DNA of 64,000 nucleotides from Myxococcota bacterium (GTDB lineage Bacteria; Myxococcota_A; Bradymonadia; UBA4248): NCBI GenBank assembly GCA_045599245.1, contig JAZRVP010000220.1, positions 590 to 64,589 on the forward strand. The letters are read 5' to 3'. The notes under the pieces were generated by a model. It worked only from the letters and a program-made list of their open reading frames with translations. It ran no database searches and was not told the origin of the DNA. The position numbers were made by a program, and so were the translations under genes. Shown piece after piece: positions 47,710 through 58,500 of this stretch; position 1 is the first letter of the stretch, and each line of letters opens with the position of its first letter.

Positions 47710-49347
47710 ATGAGCGATAGAAGATCAATTGTTTTATGTGGAATGATGGCATCATTGGTCTTGACATCGAGTTGTACACTTGAATTTAATGATCTCGGAT
47801 ACGATTGTATTGGGGTAAAGAGTATTCAATTGGCGGATGGTGGGTTATGTACGGAGACGACATGTGAGGGATGCAAGAAAGGTGACCGAAACAGTTGTGA
47901 ATCGTACCGAAGTGAGGGCGCTTTTAAGCGTGGTCGATGTCCGCATGACTTTTCGTGTGCAATGAAAAAAGGAGAATTGTCAGAGAATATATGTCTTCAC
48001 ACGGCGGATATGAGTCGATGTGAACCAGAATATGAAGTGTTGTGCGATTTGCGATGTGCATCATCGTGCAGCAAGTGTGAAGACAAAGAAACATGTTATG
48101 TGAATTTAACGCAGGTTGAACCGAAACCGGTTGAAGAAAAGGAGTGTAGAACGGGTGAACGACAATGTGGTGAAAAAGAGAGTGTAGAAATATGTATCAA
48201 TGGAAAGTGGAAGGCGATGGCACAATGTGTTGGGGTGTGTGAGGAAGGAAGTTGTGTGATTCCGAATACGGTTGAACAGTGTGGTGAAAAAGTGACGAAT
48301 TGTACATCACAGTCCGGTTGGAAAGGAGGTGAATGTTTGGATGGAGTCTGTGTCGCGCAAAAGTGTAAGGCAGGTTATCATGTCGAAGAAGGAAAGTGTG
48401 TGGTTGACACGTTGACAAAGTGTGGGGAGAAAATAATAGATTGTACGAGTAATGACGGTTGGGAAGATGGGGAATGTGCGGAAGGCTCCTGTGTCGCGCA
48501 AAAGTGCCAGGTGTGGTATCATGTTGAAGACAATAAATGTATGGAAGATACAGTCATAAAGTGTGGAGAAGAATTAAAAGACTGCATGACACTGGCTGGC
48601 TGGGAAGATGGGGAATGTGTTGAAGGCTCCTGCATGGCAACGGCATGTGAAGCAGATTTTAAGTTAAAAGATGGTGTTTGTGAGGAAAATACAGTTAATA
48701 TGGTGGATGAAAACCATATAGAATTTGGTCGATATGAACAGGATAACAACCTGGAAAATGGCGCGGAGCCGATATTATGGCGTGTATTAAAACAGGAAGA
48801 AGATAGATATTTATTATTGAGTGAATATTCATTATTGGGAATGAGATTTTATGAAACGCATACGGATGTGACATGGGAAACGAGTACATTGCGTTCGTGG
48901 CTAAACGGCTATGATGGCAGTAAAAATGCGATGAATACGGATTATACGACGGATAATTTTATTCATTCGGCATTTAGCGAATCGGAATTGCAGATGGTTG
49001 AGGAAACGACGATGGAAAGTGAATGTAATGGAACCGTGGATAAAGTCTTTTTATTGAGCAGGTCACAGGTGGAAACATTAATTCCGAATGCAGCGGATCG
49101 AGTTTCAAAGGCGACGCCGTATGCGACAACGACGAAGGGCGGCAACGGGACGGCATGTGGTGAAGAACGATGCACATGGTGGTGGTTATGTTCTCCAGGT
49201 GAGGCACATTCATCAGGGCACGAAGTGGATGCAAGTTCGGGGGCAGTCAATACATGGCCATTTGTGAATGAACCAGATTATGTTCGTCCGGCAATATGGT
49301 TAAAGGCTGTTGTGAAGGCAAAGAGTGAAGTCGAAAGCGACACGTGA
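47710..49347 (+). CDS. Cys-rich lipoprotein with C-terminal conserved extracellular domain of unknown function
   Basis: Signal MSDRRSIVLCGMMASLVLTSSC. The N-terminal domain is paralogous to 40973 (LEFNDLGYDCIGVKSIQLADGGLC...RCPHDF...CASSCSKCEDKETCY). Cys-rich modules C.EG.C....C...YHVE..KC. The C-terminal ~200 aa carry motifs ILWRVL, WETSTLRSWLN, AFSESE and KVFLLS. I recall these from a widespread uncharacterised extracellular domain but cannot name it with certainty. Confidence 0.75.
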   Translation: MSDRRSIVLCGMMASLVLTSSCTLEFNDLGYDCIGVKSIQLADGGLCTETTCEGCKKGDRNSCESYRSEGAFKRGRCPHDFSCAMKKGELSENICLHTADMSRCEPEYEVLCDLRCASSCSKCEDKETCYVNLTQVEPKPVEEKECRTGERQCGEKESVEICINGKWKAMAQCVGVCEEGSCVIPNTVEQCGEKVTNCTSQSGWKGGECLDGVCVAQKCKAGYHVEEGKCVVDTLTKCGEKIIDCTSNDGWEDGECAEGSCVAQKCQVWYHVEDNKCMEDTVIKCGEELKDCMTLAGWEDGECVEGSCMATACEADFKLKDGVCEENTVNMVDENHIEFGRYEQDNNLENGAEPILWRVLKQEEDRYLLLSEYSLLGMRFYETHTDVTWETSTLRSWLNGYDGSKNAMNTDYTTDNFIHSAFSESELQMVEETTMESECNGTVDKVFLLSRSQVETLIPNAADRVSKATPYATTTKGGNGTACGEERCTWWWLCSPGEAHSSGHEVDASSGAVNTWPFVNEPDYVRPAIWLKAVVKAKSEVESDT

Positions 49348-49492
49348 TGTGAAGGATATTCAAAAAAGGAAGTGCCGCTGTATTGAGCGATAGCGAGATA
49401 GGCGGCACGGCACTGCGTATGCCAATAGCAGTGCTTTCCAGATATAAAAAAGGCCGCCACGAAGGCAGCCATAAAAAGTAAAAGAGAAAGAA

Positions 49493-49678
49493 TTAAGCCT
49501 GCTGACTATTTTTCTTCATATTTTCGAAAAAAGCGAGGGAACGAGTCCAGAGAGCTTCTTGTTCTTCGTGAGATTTCTTATCATCCCTGCTTTCTTTTTT
49601 AGGTGTAAGACTGAGAAGTGGTTGAAGTTCGTCTGTGGAGTATTTATTAGAAACTTTTTGAGTATCAAAATCTGCCAT
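49493..49678 (-). CDS. Small hypothetical protein (61 aa) downstream of the histidine kinase
   Basis: ATG 49676-49678 with a near-consensus SD AAGGAGAGG 6 nt upstream. Hydrophilic and charged (MADFDTQKVSNKYSTDELQPLLSLTPKKESRDDKKSHEEQEALWTRSLAFFENMKKNSQQA). No homology recognised. Confidence 0.45.
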   Translation of the reverse strand: MADFDTQKVSNKYSTDELQPLLSLTPKKESRDDKKSHEEQEALWTRSLAFFENMKKNSQQA

Positions 49679-49776
49679 GAATCCTCTCCTTGAGGTGTAT
49701 GATATACCCAACATCCCCCCCGGAACAAGCATAATACCTACATGTGGCTAGATGTCCAATTTTTTTTATAAAAAAA

Positions 49777-51615
49777 TCAATCCAAAGGCAGATGAATGAT
49801 AAACGAAGTGCCATGAGGGATGAGATTGATGCATTCGATCGTGGCGTGATGTTCATCCATGATTTTTTTAACAATGGCGAGTCCGAGTCCGGTTCCGCCG
49901 CGTTTACCATAAGTAACGAATTCATTAAAAAGCGTATTGGAAATGGCTTTAGGAATGCCCGGGCCATCATCACTAATGGTGAGAATGGCGGAAGTGTTAT
50001 TTGTATCCGTTGCAATAGTGATATTACCGTCGGTATCAATTGCTTCGATGGCATTTCTGATAAGATTGACACAAACTCTTAATAATTTATCAAAATCGTA
50101 TGGGATTTTAGATGTAAATTCGTCAGAAAATGATAATTTAATATTTCTTTTTTGAGCTTCCGGGGTGAGCAGGTCGATGGCTTGAATGATGACATCGTGC
50201 AAAGGTGCAGGTTTGAGTATGATTGCGGATTCGCCTTTTGCATATTGCATGATTTCAGAACTCATATTTTTAAGAGAATTGAGTTGTCGATCGATGACTT
50301 CGGCGAATTGAGCGCGTTTATCGGGGTCATCTTGAATGACCATCATTTCTGAATAACCGGAAATATTAGCCAGAGGCGTTTTCATATCGTGCATGAGATT
50401 TGAGAGCATTTTTCCGATCATTGAGAGGCGTTGTTTTTTCTCATTTTCATCGCGATTCATCTGGGTATGCAGAGCGGATGCGATATTTGCGGCGAAAAGA
50501 AGGGCAAGCTTTTTATTATTAAAGAAGAGAGATGGATTTGTAATTTGCGAACCAAGAATGAGAGAACCGATATGTGTATCATTATGAGAAAGCGGAATGA
50601 CGAGGAGTGCATTAAGTGGAATATTGAATGAATTTTCGGTGAGTTCAGGGAGCGTTTCGAGATCGCGAATAGAGAGAGACAGACCATCAATCGGTAGAAT
50701 TTTCGGGATAAATGAAGGCATATTATCGATCGATATCTTTTTACATTCATCGAGCGTTGTCATATTGAAGCGAACAATTTCGGATTCATTATATATAAGA
50801 ATGGCTGCAAATTGTGTATTAAATGCACTGAAACAATGATTAAGCATTCGTTTGATGAGCGTGTCGAGGTTCATGGCGACAGCGGCATCGCGTTCGAGTG
50901 CATAGAGGCGATCGAGTTCTTCATTTTTTTGTTGAAGCAGATGTCTTGCCTCAAGGAGTTCTTCGTTTTTATCATTTAGAGAGGCAATAAAAGCGTGCTG
51001 AGTGAGGCTGACGCCGATTTGAGAGCTGATTGAAGCGATCATTCCTTCGTCATTTACGTCGAAGGGACCGTTGATTTTATTGATAACCTGAACGACGCCG
51101 AGCAGTTCATTTTGAATATTCAGAATGGGCATGGCGAGGCAGGAGCGCGTGACGAAACCGCTTTTCTTATCGAAAGATGGGTCGAAAAGACTGCATTGAT
51201 AGACGTTTTCGATATTGAGGAGTTGTCTTTTTTGTGCGACGGTTCCTGCGATTCCCTGGCCAAATTTGAGTCGAATGCCGTCGGATTTTTCGGCGATAAA
51301 TGAAGAGAGTGTTGGTTCGTCCGAGTTGTCGTGATCGACGAGAAAAATGGTGGAACGTTCGGCTCTCATGAGCTGTGTCGTTTTGTCGCAGATTGTGCTG
51401 AGGACTGTGTCGAGACTGGCATTTGACCCGATGAGAGACGCAATTTTGAGAAAAGCGGAGAGCTGTTCCTGCATTCTGGCAAAGCGTTCGAAGTCTCCGG
51501 AATGATTGACTGCATTGAGTGAAATCCAGGAATCACGTTGAGTGACAGCGGACATTTCACCGGAATCATCGCGAGTAAGAAGCTGTCGAAAAATAAAAGT
51601 CGAATCGGATGTCAT
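49777..51615 (-). CDS. Cytoplasmic GAF-domain sensor histidine kinase
   Basis: ATG 51613-51615 follows SD GGAGGTGA. No TM segments. Two GAF-like regions. HisKA H-box LSNLMHDMKTPLANISGYSEMM. HATPase_c N/G1/G2 boxes IRNAIEAI, DDGPGI, GGTGLGLAIV. No response regulator lies adjacent. Confidence 0.85.
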   Translation of the reverse strand: MTSDSTFIFRQLLTRDDSGEMSAVTQRDSWISLNAVNHSGDFERFARMQEQLSAFLKIASLIGSNASLDTVLSTICDKTTQLMRAERSTIFLVDHDNSDEPTLSSFIAEKSDGIRLKFGQGIAGTVAQKRQLLNIENVYQCSLFDPSFDKKSGFVTRSCLAMPILNIQNELLGVVQVINKINGPFDVNDEGMIASISSQIGVSLTQHAFIASLNDKNEELLEARHLLQQKNEELDRLYALERDAAVAMNLDTLIKRMLNHCFSAFNTQFAAILIYNESEIVRFNMTTLDECKKISIDNMPSFIPKILPIDGLSLSIRDLETLPELTENSFNIPLNALLVIPLSHNDTHIGSLILGSQITNPSLFFNNKKLALLFAANIASALHTQMNRDENEKKQRLSMIGKMLSNLMHDMKTPLANISGYSEMMVIQDDPDKRAQFAEVIDRQLNSLKNMSSEIMQYAKGESAIILKPAPLHDVIIQAIDLLTPEAQKRNIKLSFSDEFTSKIPYDFDKLLRVCVNLIRNAIEAIDTDGNITIATDTNNTSAILTISDDGPGIPKAISNTLFNEFVTYGKRGGTGLGLAIVKKIMDEHHATIECINLIPHGTSFIIHLPLD

Positions 51616-51769
51616 AATGCTCACCTCCAGTCTGAATGTAGAGTATCTGAAAAAGTGAGAAAAAGGAATTGTATAGTCGTTAGTGAAGAACTGTTTATTT
51701 GTTTTTTCCGGGGCTCTGCCTCAATTCCCACCCCGTTTTTCCTCATTTGTTGGTTTCAATTATTGTTTT

Positions 51770-51910
51770 GTTTAGAGCTTTCTCAGGGAAGGTCTGAATA
51801 AAACGATATTTTTAGGCAGAAATAAAAGAGAGCCGGGGATGAGGCCCCGGCTGGGAATCATGGTTAGGCAGCCCAAAAGGCTTATATCACCTTAGGAATC
51901 CTCACCGGAG
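51770..51910 (-). repeat. Partial copy F of the mosaic repeat (minus orientation)
   Basis: The reverse complement reads GATTCCTAAGGTGATATAAGCCTTTTGGGCTGCCTAACCATGATTCCCAGCCGGGGCCTCATCCCCGGCTCTCTTTTATTTCTGCCTAAAAATATCGTTTTATTCAGACCTTCCC. This is homologous to the middle of copy B and to the tail of copy G. Confidence 0.6.
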
Positions 51911-51940
51911 CATGAATAAGGTGAGAGGTTGCTTGCGATA

Positions 51941-54900
51941 TTATTTCACGTCAATTGAACCAATTTTGACCTTGTCTTTTGCTTTTTCAAGGCGAAGTGA
52001 CATGGTCTGAGACTCTTCATTTTCGCGTCCCCAATTGGTGAAGACTGTGGCAGTTACGGTGACGGGGCCGGTGAGTTTTTGTTGATGTGAAGAGTAATAA
52101 TTGGACATGATTTTATAAGTTCCGGCTGGGGCGGTTTTGTGAAGGAATTCTTCGGGGCCATATCCTGTTCTGACATCATAACTGATCATGCCGCCGGTAA
52201 GAGAAAGCTGATGCCCGTAGAAAATTTCTTCACCGGAAGGTTCCAGAACATGGAGATCGATATCGGTGTTGTCAGCGTCCCACATGAGGACGATTCGCAG
52301 GTCGGTATCGAGTAATTTTTGGAATTTATCATCAATTTGGGGAATGACCGGGGCTTTGTCGTTCCATTTTTGCCGGCCGCACCATGCAGCGAGTGCATTG
52401 AATTCTTCGATTGATACGAGAGAAGTCCAGAGTGCATCGGTACGTTTCCATGGTGTAAAAGCGGCTTTTTTGAAAAGTTCGAGTGCTTCTTCAGCATCGT
52501 TGGAAGACATATTCTGTTTTGCACGAAGTGTGAGTGTGAGGGCCAAATCGCGCCAGGAAACGGCTTCATCGGCGCGCATTTTGGCGACTTTTCTGAGAAT
52601 TGTGACGGCGGCGTCGAATGCATTGGCTTCTCGAAGTCTCCATGCGTAGACGCGGAGAAGGGACTCGTCTTCGAGTTTGATTTCGACGAGATTCGATAGA
52701 ATACGAATGGCAATTTTGGTGAGATTTTCCTTGAAGAAGAAGTTGGCACAGTCGAGGAAGAATGCGGGACTGGAGGCGTATTTGGCGCGTTGTTTGATGT
52801 ATTCTCTGTAGTAAGTGTCGTTGCCGGAGAAGATTTTTTTGGCGTCTTTGATGGCGTTTAGATAGGGGGTGTTGGGATCCCATTCTTTAATGGTCATGGA
52901 GGCGTCAGCGGATGGGGCATGATGGGGAGACGTGTTTTCGGTCATATTGGGTGTGCTCATTGCCGGGTTTGGCATTCCCAAAACGGGCATGCCGCCTGCG
53001 CCCATTGCCGGGTTCGGCATTCCCAGACCAGGCATGCCGCCTGCGGGCATTGGCGCTGAGCAGGCGTAGCAAGTCTCTGTTTGAGGTTCCATATCGTCGC
53101 AACAATCCATGTCGCAACACTCTTCAGATATGCGTTCTTCTCTTATGATGTTCTCATTTTCGGGCATTCTTCGAGCGCGAGCGGCAGGTGTGCCTCCGGC
53201 GGCATTTCGAGCACGATTGGGTGATGTGCCCCCCATGAGATTGCTTGCGGCTTCCATGACTCTTTCTGCGGTTCTTCGGACGGCGGCACCGAAGCTATGG
53301 TTTTCTTCTTCATCGAAGACGCCACTCGTTTGAAATTTTGGCTTTGGAATCGGTTCGTTCCACCATTTGATACGTTTTTCCCATTCGTTTTCGAGGTTGA
53401 TGATCCAGGATTTGGCTTCACGGTCTTCTTCTTGTTTGATTTGTGCATCGGATTTGTGAGTTTTCATCCATTGGTCGTGAATGAGTTTAAGAGAGGTTGG
53501 CGGTTCGATGTTGTATTTAATCCATTGATCGAGTCGTTCAAAAACGATCATGCTGGAGACGGGACTGACGATAGAGAAGTGACGGCCGATAGCGAGTAGT
53601 TCATCGCGGCAGTCGTTGGCTCGCGGAGAGAGTTCATCGACACGTTTTGCGGCCCAGGCAGTTGAGAGAATGCGGCCGTCGGTGGCGTCTGAACGATCGA
53701 GTGTGAACGGGAATTTCTGGCCGTTAGAGAGAACGATGGAGGCAGATGCTGTTCTGGCGGTGAGTCGTCCGATGATAGAAACACGTCCAACAGCGGGGGT
53801 TCCGATGCCCTGGATATCGGAGATGCCGCAGCCTTCGACGGAGGCCACAACGGGAGAAGGCGTCAGGATTTCGTGAAGTGCGGCATCGGGTGACAGAACG
53901 GTGAGATCGAGGACATGGCCGCCGCAGACACGTCTGAGAAATGCCGAATCGCGGTTTAATCCGGAGACAAGGCCGACGGTATTTGCACCGAATTCAGGGA
54001 TGGTGCCTGTGAATGTGTCCATGCCGTCAGAAAAGAGGAGTGTCATGCCATCGAATTTTTCAGCCGCGAGTGATTGAAGCGGGAGAAAATCGGTGCCGCC
54101 GTCGTAAATGATGTCATCGATTTCTGAGAGTAGTTTGTCGCGATTGTCGCATGAAATGGGCGCTTCAAGGACGTTTCTAAAGACGTGAAGCTGATAGAAC
54201 GCGTCTTTTGGGAGAATGGCAAGGAGCTTTCTTGCGGCAGAAATATCGAGCTCGTTTCGGCTTCCCGATGCGTCCCAAATGATGCGCCATGCTTTTGTCG
54301 AGACGGACGATTGGACTTGATCAGCTGGGGTGAGTTTGAGATTGGCGGCAAAGTAGAAATCGCCGTTGTCGTTTTCCAGGGCAGTAGAGAGCGCGGGGAG
54401 TTCCGGCATGGACACAATGATGTGATCGAAGGGCTTAATGTCGGTTTCGTGGGATTCTACGTGCCATACGGCTTGAGCCATCGCAAAACGTTTGTCGCCG
54501 AGCCCGGAGAGTTTGGGTTGAGGCGCATTCGGCATATCGACATCGATTTCGACCTCTCTTGATGTAAGTTTTTCATTGGGCATCGGGAGATAGAGTGCGG
54601 CATCCCCTGTTTCATCGAAGATGAGCGAGGTTAAATAATCGACGCGAATGCGTCTTGTGCCCTTGGACGGGAGTGGGTAAATACGCGTGCGATAGGCATT
54701 TCCTGCGACTTTTTCGACGATCCCCGGATCGATGCCGAGTTTGACTTCTGCTTCAAAGGCAATGCGAGCCTTTTCTTTTTCAACGACTGCGGCATCGACA
54801 ATTTGTCCATCGATATCGATGGCATAACCACATACGACGGCACTGTCGGGAAGCGGAAATACCAATTCTCCTTCCATATCTCTGGCGTTGTCATTATGAA

Positions 54901-55036
54901 TTATGAATTCCGTAGAAATGCAAGCAAACATTCCTTTGACGCGCGCTTTGATGTTGTACATGCCGATAAATGGGGCTGTTTCATTTTCGTGCAGATTGGA
55001 TGTATGGATAGAGAGGATTTCGATTATCGTTTCCAT
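51941..55036 (-). CDS. VIT-domain / von Willebrand factor type A domain protein
   Basis: N-terminal VIT-like region (LVFPLPDSAVVCGYAIDIDGQIVDAAVVEKEKARIAFEAE...GNAYRTRIYPLPSKGTRRIRVDY). A vWA-like region (IIWDASGSRN...). The central segment has a Met/Gly/Pro-rich repeat (GMPGLGMPNPAMGAGGMPVLGMPNPAM) and TPR-like helices. C-terminal conserved ~150-aa domain. 1031 aa. Confidence 0.75.
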   Translation of the reverse strand: METIIEILSIHTSNLHENETAPFIGMYNIKARVKGMFACISTEFIIHNDNARDMEGELVFPLPDSAVVCGYAIDIDGQIVDAAVVEKEKARIAFEAEVKLGIDPGIVEKVAGNAYRTRIYPLPSKGTRRIRVDYLTSLIFDETGDAALYLPMPNEKLTSREVEIDVDMPNAPQPKLSGLGDKRFAMAQAVWHVESHETDIKPFDHIIVSMPELPALSTALENDNGDFYFAANLKLTPADQVQSSVSTKAWRIIWDASGSRNELDISAARKLLAILPKDAFYQLHVFRNVLEAPISCDNRDKLLSEIDDIIYDGGTDFLPLQSLAAEKFDGMTLLFSDGMDTFTGTIPEFGANTVGLVSGLNRDSAFLRRVCGGHVLDLTVLSPDAALHEILTPSPVVASVEGCGISDIQGIGTPAVGRVSIIGRLTARTASASIVLSNGQKFPFTLDRSDATDGRILSTAWAAKRVDELSPRANDCRDELLAIGRHFSIVSPVSSMIVFERLDQWIKYNIEPPTSLKLIHDQWMKTHKSDAQIKQEEDREAKSWIINLENEWEKRIKWWNEPIPKPKFQTSGVFDEEENHSFGAAVRRTAERVMEAASNLMGGTSPNRARNAAGGTPAARARRMPENENIIREERISEECCDMDCCDDMEPQTETCYACSAPMPAGGMPGLGMPNPAMGAGGMPVLGMPNPAMSTPNMTENTSPHHAPSADASMTIKEWDPNTPYLNAIKDAKKIFSGNDTYYREYIKQRAKYASSPAFFLDCANFFFKENLTKIAIRILSNLVEIKLEDESLLRVYAWRLREANAFDAAVTILRKVAKMRADEAVSWRDLALTLTLRAKQNMSSNDAEEALELFKKAAFTPWKRTDALWTSLVSIEEFNALAAWCGRQKWNDKAPVIPQIDDKFQKLLDTDLRIVLMWDADNTDIDLHVLEPSGEEIFYGHQLSLTGGMISYDVRTGYGPEEFLHKTAPAGTYKIMSNYYSSHQQKLTGPVTVTATVFTNWGRENEESQTMSLRLEKAKDKVKIGSIDVK

Positions 55037-55100
55037 AAGGATGCTCCTGGTTGTGTGAAAAACAAAGGGGGATGAAGGTACAGGGATGCGCGATTATGCA

Positions 55101-55229
55101 TTAATTTTGTGTACTTGAACCAATGATTTCATGGAAATTTTCGACATCATTGATGAGGAAAAAGGAACGGCCATCAATATATTCTTGAATAATAATAACT
55201 CGTGGTTCGGGAATGTTGAGAAATTTCAT
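55101..55229 (-). CDS. Possible small ORF (42 aa), ATP-grasp-like fragment
   Basis: ATG 55227-55229 with SD AGGAGT 6 nt upstream. Peptide MKFLNIPEPRVIIIQEYIDGRSFFLINDVENFHEIIGSSTQN. The xxIIQEYIDG motif resembles the ATP-grasp 'QE(Y/F)I' segment. It may be a gene remnant, or a leader peptide for the VIT-vWA gene 60 bp downstream. Confidence 0.3.
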   Translation of the reverse strand: MKFLNIPEPRVIIIQEYIDGRSFFLINDVENFHEIIGSSTQN

Positions 55230-55254
55230 GGTCAAACTCCTGTTTACGATGTAG

Positions 55255-55340
55255 GTATGTGAATTAACCCTGGCTGAATAGTAACCCTCATTTGTTACCT
55301 TAATATTGTGTTTTATTCAGACCTTCCCAGGGGGAGTAGA
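55255..55340 (+). repeat. Partial copy G of the mosaic repeat
   Basis: GTATGTGAATTAACCCTGGCTGAATAGTAACC followed by GTTTTATTCAGACCTTCCCAG (shared with copy F). It lies ~170 bp upstream of ftsK. Confidence 0.6.
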
Positions 55341-55503
55341 TAACTGAGGTATCTCGCCAATTTTGACGAAAACGCATTGTATCTTAACATAAATGAAGAA
55401 ATGGCGTTTCAAAACGTGGATGCAAGACGGGAAAATTTGGTTCTCAATCAAAGCATGATACAACACAGGCCGCGAATGGATTCGCTCATGAGGTTATGCA
55501 AGG

Positions 55504-58500
55504 ATGGCTGAGAATAAGAAAAACCAGAAAACATCTGGGGCTGATAAAACAAAAAAACGCAAGCAGCAGTCGGTTCAAAAGAGAGCGATTGAGTCATCTG
55601 CTGCCAGAACACGGGGTTCACGTGAGAGAAAGTCTGTCAGTAATGGCAGAAATGTTAAACGGGATGCAAACCCGCGAATAGTGCAGCCGAATCCGAGAAG
55701 GATTCAGAAGAATTCGAAGCTGTACAATGGTTTTATTGCCGCGATTTTTATTCTGATAGGCATCGTATTATTTTTGATGCTGTTTTCGTATTCGGCACCG
55801 GAAGTGGCCGGAGACATGGAAACAGCCGGAAATCTTTTTGGCGTGCTGGGGGCCTGGATTGCCAATATCATGCTGACACTGTTCGGCATCGGGGCTTTTG
55901 TCTTTTCAGCTGTGTCGTTATTTATGGGCGTACGAACGGCCTGCGGAAAGCAGTTTGAGATCAGTTCGACTCAAATCATTGGGCTCATTTTGTTGATTTT
56001 TGGCGTGTCTCCACTAGCTCAGATGGGGTTTGACGGCAATCTTCTCGATAATGCTCCCGGCGGTGCACTGGGCAAATGGCTCGTCGAATTTGGTTCAGAA
56101 AAGATGCCGTCAGCCGGCTTTGCCGCTATCTGTTCTGCTCTGACACTCTTCGGCGGCCTTCTCGTCACGGATACTCGTTTTAAAACCTTCTTCTGGGGCG
56201 TGTGGCATGTCTTGAGCTGGTGCTTTAAGACGATATTTGGCGCTCTTTCGGCCCCTTTCCGGCAGACAGCTCCTGCTGATGGCGATTCTCACGTCCTCGA
56301 GGATGACGATGACAACTTATCCGATCTTTCATCCGGTCATGGGACACAAAACGATGATAGCAGCGACTACATCGAAGATGAAGCCGATGAAATCGAAGAA
56401 ATGAAGGTCCTGTCCCGTATCGTCGCTCCACAGGATGTCGTGCCTGAAAAACTGGAAGCTCCGGTGGAACTCAATGACGATGTTCCGGCTCAAAACCTCG
56501 TGGATGAATCGGATGTTTCTGATGAACAGGTTATTTCCGATTCAGAAGAAATTTATCGCGATGATTCCGGTGAACTTGATGACCCAGATAATTTGTGCAA
56601 TGGCCTGAACTCTCACAAAGATTATGATGACGCTGAAGATGAAGACGAAGAACCGTCCTCTGATGCCGTCGATGAAATAGAACCAGAAAAGAAACCGCTC
56701 GATAAGTCGGAAGTCGTCGAAGATATTGTGGCCAGAATTAGAAAATCGGCGGTTCCAAAAGGTCGTTCCATTAAACGATCTCACTCCGTTCCGGCCGTTG
56801 AACCCGATTTCGAGTTTGAATCAATCCTGGAACCTGAACAGCTCGGACAGGTTCAGAAATCTGATGAAACCCAGTCTCAGACTAAAACTTCCGTCCTTGG
56901 AAACTGGAAACCAAGGTCAATCGCCGGTAAAAACAAGTCGGATAACGGGGCAAATAATCAAAAAACTGTCTCCAAAGGTGTTGAAAACGAAGGTGTTGCG
57001 TCAGAAAAACAAATTCCTGTACCGGAAATGCCCGTCAATGTGACCAAAGACCTCCTTGCACAACTGGCCTCTGAAGAAATTTCTCTGTCCGCTGCTGAGC
57101 CACTCTCAAAACCTGCAACTGCCGTGACTCGACTCGCTCCTGACAAGCTCGATACACGTAAAATTGATTCAGAAAAAATCAATCTTGGAATGGCAGATAC
57201 GGCTGATTTCAAATTAAATCGTCGTTTAATTCCGGCCTCCGAGACATCCTCCGATAAAGTGACCCTTGAGGCAGCCGCGAATAACGACGCCGCCAACGAT
57301 GTGACGTTGGAAAAAAAAGTTAAGCCCGGCAAAAATACGGCCCTTGAAGCTATCCGAAAAGCCCTCGAGGAAGAAAATGATGGCTGGGACGTTCCTTCTG
57401 ATTTCACACCTCGTGAAACAGAAAAAAAACAACCCGCCAATGAAACTGTTTCGCCATCGAATAATCAGACGGTGGTCCCTGTTTCTGCGGAACTCCGTTC
57501 CTTGATGGAAGAAGCCGGTTTTCATGCACCTAAAAAAAAATGGAGCCGTGAGCCAATCTCTGACGAGGACGACGATAGCATAGATTTTGACAGCGACTTT
57601 ATCGACAGTGAGGACGCTCTTTTGGGCATCAGCCGTCAGACTGTCGCCCCAAAACATGGCTCTTTTGTCGTGGCTGAAGAAAAAAAACGCGCCAGTGACG
57701 ACGAGCTCATGGAGGCCGACAAAGCACGCCTCGAAAAACTCGCTCAGGCCGAATACCAGTTTCCGCCTCTTTCCCTGCTTCATTACGATCCGGCAACTCA
57801 AAAAGGTCTCGATAACACCGCTCTTCGTCTTTATGCCGATAAAATCGAAGAAAAACTCGCCGAATATCACATCCACGGTCAGGTCGTTCAGATTTGTCCG
57901 GGGCCGATCATTACTCGCTTTGAATTTCAGCCGGCTCCTGGCACAAAAGTCTCCAAAATTGCCAGCCTGACTGACGATTTGATGATGGCTCTCGAAATCG
58001 CATCGGTGCGAATTCTGGCTCCTATCCCCGGAAAAGGCGTTGTCGGTATCGAGATTCCGAATGAAAAACGAAATACGATTTACCTTAAAGAAATACTTGC
58101 ATCCAAAGCATTTACTGATGCCAAAAGTATCTTGACGATTGCCCTGGGAAAAGACCCGGAAGGTGAACCGGTCGTGAGCGATCTGGCCAAAATGCCGCAT
58201 CTTCTCGTCGCCGGATCGACGGGCAGCGGTAAATCCGTCGGCATTAACACGATGATTTGCAGCCTTCTCTATAATGCAAGTCCCGATGACGTTAAACTCA
58301 TTCTCGTGGATCCAAAATGTCTCGAACTGAGCATATATGAAGGCATTCCGCATCTTCTCGTCCCGCCGATTACGACCCCGCAGGAAACCGCAGCTGCGCT
58401 GGACTGGGCTTGTGATGAGATGGATGACCGCTATCGCAAACTGTCCGCACTCGGCGTTCGCAACATTCAGGGCTATAATGAACAGGTCAAAAATCCGACA

